From positions 7,962,946 through 8,009,727 of the forward strand of contig NC_068996.1 in NCBI RefSeq assembly GCF_001194135.2: a stretch of DNA of 46,782 nucleotides, in the 5' to 3' direction. The notes under the pieces are model-generated. The model made no database searches, was not told the origin of the DNA, and was given only the letters and a program-made list of their open reading frames with translations. Of this stretch, positions 38,746 to 46,782 are shown piece by piece. Within the stretch, counting starts at the first letter, position 1. Every line of letters begins with the position of its first letter. Made by a program: the position numbers and the translations under genes. The DNA comes from Octopus bimaculoides (taxonomy: Eukaryota).

Positions 38746-38981
38746 CAGTTCTATATTTAAGAGATGAGGAATTATGTACATTATTTACATTTGACAGATA
38801 TTTATCCTCATCTTGTTTGTTGTTAACACAACGTTTCGGCTGATATACCCTCCAGCCTTCATCAGGTGTCTTGGGGAAATTTCGAACCTGGGTTCTCATT
38901 CCCTTAGGAATATATCAGCCGAAACGTTGTGTTGACAACAAACAAGATGAGGACAAATATCCATCAATTGTAAATAATGCA
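38746..38981. mobile_element. Penelope-like pLTR fragment pair in inverted orientation (same family as 27.9 kb)
   Basis: The minus copy (~38900 to 38746) holds the full hammerhead. The plus arm 38911-38981 holds its 3' half (TATATCAGCCGAAACGTTGTGTT) and downstream sequence. Confidence 0.75.
38825..38870 (-). ncRNA. Minimal type I hammerhead ribozyme motif (Penelope-type), sense to SRA1 intron 2
   Basis: Minus strand reads GACAC-CTGATGA-A-GGCTG-GAGGGTATAT-CAGCC-GAAAC-GTT-GTGTT. Stem II is fully Watson-Crick. Confidence 0.8.
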
Positions 38982-39483
38982 TATATATACTTCATTTTTA
39001 TATTTGGTTTGCAAGATTCTTTATGTGAATTTGTGTGTTGAAACAGATGTTTGTTGTGTCTAGCGAGAGTCATTATGCCAATATTAATAACACATGCACT
39101 GGTTCAATTTCACTCCTTTATTATTAGTCAATTGGTTAAATATCCAACTAACTAATCCGATGTTTGTTTAATTTGGTGAAATAGTAAGTCGTTTGTTTTG
39201 CTTTGTTTATTAAAGCCCTTTCATTGTTACTTACAACCTTTCCAATGACTTTTGAGTGCCACAGCATGGCCACAGCCTTAGGGCTGAAACATATAAAAGA
39301 ATAAAATATATATTTATACATATATATATATAATTCTTTTTGAATTGGTTCTCAAAGTACATATAAAGCTATAAATAAAAGTATGTAAATACGGGGATGA
39401 AAATCCCTTTTGGATAGAAAAACTCAAAGGCTGCCTGTGGAACATGAACCCACAACTCCTGTAGACATGAAAAGCATTAATGT

Positions 39484-39525
<42 letters not shown>

Positions 39526-41940
39526 NNNNNNNNNNNNNNNNNNNNNNNNNNNNNNNNNNNNNNNNNNNNNNNNNNNNNNNNNNNNNNNNNNNNNNNNNNN
39601 NNNNNNNNNNNNNNNNNNNNNNNNNNNNNNNNNNNNNNNNNNNNNNNNNNNNNNNNNNNNNNNNNNNNNNNNNNNNNNNNNNNNNNNNNNNNNNNNNNNN
39701 NNNNNNNNNNNNNNNNNNNNNNNNNNNNNNNNNNNNNNNNNNNNNNNNNNNNNNNNNNNNNNNNNNNNNNNNNNNNNNNNNNNNNNNNNNNNNNNNNNNN
39801 NNNNNNNNNNNNNNNNNNNNNNNNNNNNNNNNNNNNNNNNNNNNNNNNNNNNNNNNNNNNNNNNNNNNNNNNNNNNNNNNNNNNNNNNNNNNNNNNNNNN
39901 NNNNNNNNNNNNNNNNNNNNNNNNNNNNNNNNNNNNNNNNNNNNNNNNNNNNNNNNNNNNNNNNNNNNNNNNNNNNNNNNNNNNNNNNNNNNNNNNNNNN
40001 NNNNNNNNNNNNNNNNNNNNNNNNNNNNNNATATATATGAAACTCAGATGATAAACAGAAATTGGTAAGTTTTATGTAGGAGAATTAATGATTAAGAAAC
40101 TATCTAATCCAGATGAAGGATTGAAATCTGGCAAAAAAATTTTTTAAATCTTCAATAGCACATTTACAGATAAAATAAAAATTGTTAATTTTTCTTTTTT
40201 TGTATGTAAAGATACAAAAAAGATTGCATGATTCTGGGTTTGATCTCACTGCATAGCACCTTAGGCAAGTCTCTTGTATAAGCATCTTGTGAATGAAATT
40301 TGCTAATTTGGTTGATGGAAACTAAGCAGCAGTTTGTTAGACGGTCTAAGACAGGCCTGGTCAACTTGAATTACATTGTGGGCCACTTTAATCATAGCAA
40401 GTTTTTTTAGGACTGCTTGTATACTGACAGAATTGAAAGCATTTTGCTTTCTCATGCTATTATTACAATAATAAATGAATGATTGTTCATTCAACATGAA
40501 ATATTATCGTTGCAAAAACAGTAGTATCTTTCTTTTTTACTTATCATTTCAATCTTTAATTTTTGATAAAATTTTTAAAATGCTTGTTAAAATAAACCCA
40601 TTTCAATAAGTATCAAGTGGGCCACAAGATAAAAGTCTGTGGGCTGCATGTGGTTCATGGGCCTCAGGTTGGCCAGCCCTAGTCTAAGAACATGACTGGT
40701 CCAATAAATTGGGTAGTGTGCTTCCAATGAAAAGGTCAGTTTGTTTTCCGTTTGCAACAATGTGTTGTGCCAGTGGTCAAGGCAGTTAACTCTCAAAATG
40801 GCTCAGACTATCTAGCTGTACATGGTTACCAAGTTCAATAATTGATGTAACAAATAACTGCAGAGGAAAGCTGTTGTATCTTACTGAAAGGAGAGGCTCT
40901 TAGTAGTGAGAAATGAGTCAAGTAGTTGTAGTAGTATTCAAAACTTAATAAGCAACACAGCAATTTACAAAATGAGTGGAGGTACTCTTTTACCAGGAAC
41001 ATATTCTTGCTTTTATTATAGTGCCATATGGTACAGAATCAAACGTGATTATTATATATACATTTATATATAAACACATAGCACGCATACCACTGCCATG
41101 TAGGAGGCACCTCTGTGCCAGCACTACGTGAAAAGCACCCATGCCGGTGCCATGTAAAAAACACTTGTGCTGGCACTATGTAAACAGTATCCTTGCCAGT
41201 GTCACACAGAAAAGCACCTGTACCAGTCATCATCATCATTTAACGTCTATTGTCCATGCTGGCATGGGTTGGATGGTTTGACTGCACCAGATTCCAGTCT
41301 GATTTGGCATGGTTTCTACTTCTGGATGCCCTCCCTAACACCAACCACTCTGAGAGTATAATGGGTGCTTTTATGCACCACTGGCAAGGAAGGGTACTAT
41401 TTGCATGACACCAGTATCTACTATGACTGATTTTACTTGGGGCTTCTTCTCAAGCATGACATAATGCCAAAGGTCTTGGTCATTTGTCATTTACCAGTGT
41501 CATGTGAAAAGTACCTGTGCCAGAGAAGCACCTATGCCAGTGCCTCTGTGCCAGCACCATGTAAACACACCTGTGGTGGTGTCACATAAAAGAGCACCTG
41601 TATCAACACCATGTGAAAAGCATCCAGTACATTCTGTATAGTGGTTTGGATTAGGAAGGATATCCACCCATAGAAACCATATCAAAACAGACAATTTGAG
41701 CCTGGTGCAGTTCTCCATTTTGCAAGTTCCAGTCAAACCATCCACATCATACAAGCATGGAAAGTGGATGTACGGTAATGATGATGATGGTGATGACTCA
41801 AGACTTTCACCTTCACAACAAAAGAAATGATGAACCAGGTCTGAAATGTGTCAATTGAATGTTCTACAGAACCACCAGAAGTCAAAATTTTGACTTGACT
41901 GTTCTATCCGCAAAGAAAGTATGAGATTTGTTATACTTAC

Positions 41941-42105
41941 CAGTTTGTTCTTCATTTTGTGATAAATTTGCAGCATTAGCCGCATCATTAGACATAGGAT
42001 AAGCTACTCTTTTATTCAGCAGTGTTCTTCTTGGATGTGTCTGTTTAGTGTTGACACTAGAATAGTCAAACATTGGGGGATCATTCCATCCCCTCTCTGT
42101 ATTTC
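41941..42105 (-). CDS. SRA1: SRA1/SRAP coding exon 2 ([17 protein letters not shown]...[12 protein letters not shown]...NEEQT)
   Basis: Translation contains the SRA1 N-terminal signature G-N-x-E-R-G-W-N-D-P-P and LNKRVA (human [11 protein letters not shown]...LTKRVA). Acceptor ttttccag, donor gtaagt, 165 nt, phase 1 to phase 1. Confidence 0.93.
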
Positions 42106-43365
42106 CTGGAAAATAATTGAAGAAATGTGAAATGAGTTTTACAAATTTCTTGAGACACCTTCAGCTGACTCTCACTAAATCAGTCGAACTAGCCGTAAGT
42201 AGGTACCACGGTTAGGTAAAGTACAGTTGCTCACTTTATGGTAAATGTTATGTCATTTATGTTTCAATAACAGAAGTTAATAGAGTAGAAAGTGAATTAA
42301 TACATAATCCAAGCCAGACAAGAATGTACGTGATGAAAGAATTTAAATTAAACAAATACACAAACATCATTTTGTTGTTTACATTTTATTTTCAGGTTTA
42401 CATTGATGTGATGGTGCTTGTGTTGAAGCAATTGCTTCCACAACTAGAGGGAACATAGAGAATTGTGTTCCTTTGCCAAAGTTATACTAATTAAAAATTT
42501 TGAACTCCTGACCATGCAGTCTATTCCAGTACCTTGACTTCACAGCCATGAGGCTAGTATACTAGCACCTTAACCTCACAACTCTAAGTGTCAATGGTGA
42601 AATCATATGAAATTATAATGAATGTAATTTGTCATATTGCACATCAATCCAACCCATACTACAATGTTCAAAAGATACTGAATGACAAGGTTGACTCAGG
42701 AAGGATTAGAACTCATAATGTAGATAATATTTGACACACCAAATACACTCCTGCACACACTCTCCCTTAGAAAAAAAAATGCTTTTTTTAATTTTATAGG
42801 TCTGATCAAACAGATCTATGAAAATGATGCGGTTCAGTCTCGACAGCTAACAAGTAATTTCATGTTTGGGGTTCAAATCCCTACAATTGCTTTATGTTAT
42901 GAACATGACAACACTGAACATGAGATGTGCCACTGAAACAACAGCATTATATCTGCAACATGCTTATATAAAATAATAGCAATATTTATGGTAAAGACAA
43001 GCTACTTTATATATAACCAAGTTCATAATTCAGTGTATTATTTTAGTTGCTTAACTTATTGTAATATTCTAGCCAAACAGAAGAATCAGAGAACACTTAA
43101 CAATAGTATAAAATTGGTAAATGATGTTTACAAAATAAAACAATTTAATTTTGTCAAGAGTTGATAATCAAATTAGTATCAGGATATGCATTAAGACTAA
43201 TTATCCAATATTTTCTTTTCAACACAAGAGCAAGCATGAAAACAAATTGAAGGAAATTGAAATGCTGGTCTAGATTCATATCTCATTTGACACTTTTGCT
43301 TTTCAGCTAAACAAATATATTTTTTACACTTTCACTGTAGCTAGTTTCATGTTTGATTGTGATAA

Positions 43366-43407
<42 letters not shown>

Positions 43408-44665
43408 AAGAAAGAAAAAAGAAAAAAATTGAAAGATATTTCACTAATTGATATTTCCAATCTTTTTTATAAATAGGTTTGTGAAAAAAAAAATGTAAAT
43501 GACTTGGTCTAAATCATTCCTTAGTTTAACATTTTTTAAGAAATTCTTTCTTCTCTGCATATTGTTGATGTTGGTGAGCTCCAGGTTGGGTCTTTCAATA
43601 ACTTTTTTCTGCTTATTTTCTATTTCACAAATGTTGCCCTGCATTATTTATTGTGTCCTTTATCAAAGACAGACATAGAGTGTGGGGGTTTACATTAATA
43701 ATAATAACAATAATATTAATGATAATCCTTTCTATTTAAGGTACAAGATCTGAAATTTTGGGGGAGGGGACCAGTCGATTACATCGACCTTAGTGCGTAA
43801 CTGGTACTTAATTAATCGATTAATAATAATAAAAATAATGAATTTGTTGCATACAGTGCTCAGGTGCACTACAACTCATCAGAAAAAGTAAGCATAACTG
43901 CATGAACAGTACATGGGCTATGTACAGAAAGTGAACAAATGAATAAGTCTACAAAAAGAAAAAAAGTTTTTGGATAAATTAAATGAAATTAATTGTAATT
44001 CTTTCTAATTTTGGCACAAGGTCAGCAATTTCGAGAGGAAGAGCTAAGTCGATCACATCGACCCAAATACTTAACTGGTATTTTATTTTATCGATCTAGA
44101 AGGGATCAAAGACAAAACTAACCGTGGTGGGACTTGAACGTTAATAGTCGGAAGAAATGCTGCAAAGCTTTTTATCCGACGTGGTAATGATTCTACCAGC
44201 TCGTTGCCTTGAAATCAGGTTTAATTAACAAAGTAGTATTGCTAACTCACTTCATAAAATACAAGCCGAAACAACTCAAGGGGAAGCTACTCTAAGAATT
44301 ATCTCCCCATAATCTCACGTTTTGATAAATTTTGCCCTGTAACATAAAACTGATACGCAAAGAATCAAAATCCGAAATAATACTTTCCTCAGTCTGCTTT
44401 AAAAGGAATTTTCTATGGGACCTCGATATCTGTATCTCGTACTTGTTGGCATACATTCTGATGTATTGCCTTAAATTCTTTACTTCTTAGTTTATTATTT
44501 ATTCTCTTCATTACATCATGATCATTTAACTTCCATTTTATCCATGCTTGCATGGGTCAGACGGAATTTATTGAGGTAGAATTTCTACGGCCGAGTGCCC
44601 TTCCTGTCACTAACCTTCTACAACACATACATACACACGTATAAATAAAATGAAAGAAACCTGTC

Positions 44666-44710
<45 letters not shown>

Positions 44711-45059
44711 TACATATATAGTTTCTGTCTACCAAGTTCAATCACGAGGCTTTGTTGGCCTAGGGCTATAGAAGATACTCTGCCTATGGGAATTGAACCT
44801 GAAACCATGTGGTTTGGAAGCACACTTCATATCACACAGCCACACTAGTACCTGTATATGTAGCTTGCAAGTCAATGTCTCGTTGAAAAACATTCAATGT
44901 GCAAAAGCTGTCTCTATTAATATTAGTGTCGCAAATTTAAAGGAAGAAAAATTCAAAATTTGATACACCATAACAGTTATGTTGCAATTTTATTTCCTGT
45001 GAACTACTTTGGTATATCTTTACCAAATATTGCACCAAAGAAATAAATGTCTTAAAGGT

Positions 45060-45670
45060 TGTCATAGAAATGTAGCTTCCCTGCAGATTCAGCTTGTATC
45101 ATAGAACTCATTTCAGTTTTTGTGTACAGAACCCAGAATAGATGGAGAATTAAGTTTGCTTGGAGTCCAATGTTTGATTCAAATTGTGTCAGTAGCTCCA
45201 TTACAGATTTAACGCCACATTTTATCTTTCTTCAAGTTATTCCTTCAAGTTTTATGGTTCTTCACAGAAGGTACATCATACACTTGAAACATTCTTTGAT
45301 ATCATTATCAAACATTATATAAGCACACTATGCGAGGGGAAATATTTGTAGCTTCATCCATCAAAAATGAATTCATTGTTGCTGTCTTGATTTCATTTAA
45401 TATTGATTTTCTTGGACAAATAGACAGAGAAAAAGGCTTGATTCATTCTGAATATGCTTTGACACTTGGGTTTCTTTTCAGAAAACACAGCATCTGCATG
45501 GTTCTTCATAACACTATTATATTGGGGGGGGGGGAACCCAGCTAGACCACTTCAAGGAAGCTTTCTGTGTTTGAACTTGTTTAGCTTTTATCCTTACTAC
45601 TGAATGGTATTCCTTGATGAGCCTTACCCACCACTTCTACCACCACTCTTGATCATATTTCTTTAGCTCT
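45060..45670 (-). pseudogene. Fossil hAT (ZMYM1/DUF4371-type) transposase fragment
   Basis: Colinear degenerate motifs HQGIPFS..D.S...N..SFLEVV, HIQNE, ILNEIKTA...FLMDEATNIS and a decayed 'CxDGA'-like NGAT, interrupted by stops and frameshifts. Confidence 0.6.
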
Positions 45671-46430
45671 CTGTTTCCCTTAATTAATTGCAGCTTGTTT
45701 TTACTTATTTGCCTTCATTGAGATATTGATAGAATCAGAAAGACCACAGCAATTGTGTTTATTGCCAGAATAAGCTTTTTCTTTTTGCTTTAGGCACAAG
45801 GCCCAAAATTTTGGTGGGAAACAACTAATTCAATTATATCAATCACAATGCCTGATTGATACTTGTTTTATTGACCCAGAAAAGATGAAAGGCAAAGTTG
45901 ACTTAGGTGAATTTGAATTTAGATTGAAAAGCTTGAAGAAATATCAAAGTATACTAATGATCTGACATCTTGCTAGTTCCAGAATAATAAATATTTATAT
46001 ATATCTTTATTGTTTTCTTTGCATGTGTTTGTGTGTGTGGTGGGAGGAGACAGCATTTATTTAATAAACCAAGAATTCATCTAGAGACAGGCTAGTTTTG
46101 TCATAGCAAAAGGCTCAGCCAAATTATTATTTAATCCTAATTTGGCATGATAATGATTTGTAACACAGACACAAAGTCAACGTATTAAAGTGATAGAGGA
46201 AGTGTATCTAGGGCAGAATGACCAACCACAGCTGTTGTTACTTATAGGAGAATTGCATCATTATACAATAAATAATCTAGATGTTTTTATTAATGAAAAT
46301 AGATCTTTTTTTTTTTTAAACAAAAATTTCATATTGAAATTGCAAAGCTTATGATATGCACTTTGATAAATTATTTATTAAGTTTATTATTTGCACATTG
46401 GAGACGGCATTAGTTGGACTTTTCACATAT

Positions 46431-46782
46431 TCATCATCATCATCATCATCATCATCGTTTAACGTCCGCTTTCCATGCTAGCATGGGTTGGACGATTTGA
46501 CTGAGGACTGGTGAAACCGGATGGCAACACCACGCTCCAGTCTGATTTGGCAGAGTTTCTACAGCTGGATGCCCTTCCTAACGCCAACCACTCAGAGAGT
46601 GTAGTGGGTGCTTTTACGTGTCACCCGCACGAAAATGGCCACGCTCGAAATGGTGTCTTTTATGTGCCACCCGCACAAGCCAGTCCAGGGGCACTGGCAA
46701 CGATCTCGCTCGAAAATCCTACAGGAGCCAGTCAGGCGGTACTGGCAACGGCCACGCTCAAAATGGTGCATCTCATGTGCCA
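46431..46782 (-). mobile_element. SINE family A (young, runs off the window end)
   Basis: Near-exact reverse complement of 1-202, plus tandem units. Confidence 0.85.

Noticed and set aside
1392-40051. Many track ORFs rich in YI/HT/CV/ER/X
   Set aside because: They are translations of TA, CA and GA microsatellites and N-gaps, not genes.
42108-42260. Unspliced in-frame extension or nearby first exon for SRA1 (reads ...[11 protein letters not shown])
   Set aside because: An in-frame TGA occurs before any ATG. The nearby GTACCT donor has no upstream in-frame ATG.
43444-43644. 66-aa minus-strand ORF in SRA1 intron 1; likewise 11998-12354, 15000-15296 and 26451-26666
   Set aside because: No recognisable domain, no consistent splice signals, and lengths within chance expectation.

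Overview
AT-rich animal genomic DNA, dense in SINEs, MITEs and microsatellites, with 8 N-gaps. The repeat families resemble octopus/cephalopod SINEs, so the organism call is an inference. One host gene is supported: a minus-strand SRA1 (steroid receptor RNA activator 1 / SRAP) ortholog. Four coding exons were resolved with canonical splice sites and consistent phases (42105-41941, 38246-37945, 30342-30234, 14477-14151). The first exon and one short internal exon were not found; the internal one probably lies in the 22950-23814 gap. The C-terminus carries a perfect (ENAN)x7 coding minisatellite. The remainder is transposon-derived: a decayed Penelope-like element (RT + GIY-YIG), and two Penelope-type inverted terminal-repeat units that each carry a minimal hammerhead ribozyme (one sense to the SRA1 pre-mRNA, next to its own antisense arm). 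Also present are a Merlin-like MITE containing TTAGGG-like repeats, a fold-back mariner encoding only the DNA-binding region, Tc2-, piggyBac- and hAT-type MITEs, a fossil hAT transposase, an RTE 3' end and at least 4 SINE families. Most ORFs in the track are microsatellite or gap artefacts. All homology calls come from motif recognition, not database searches.
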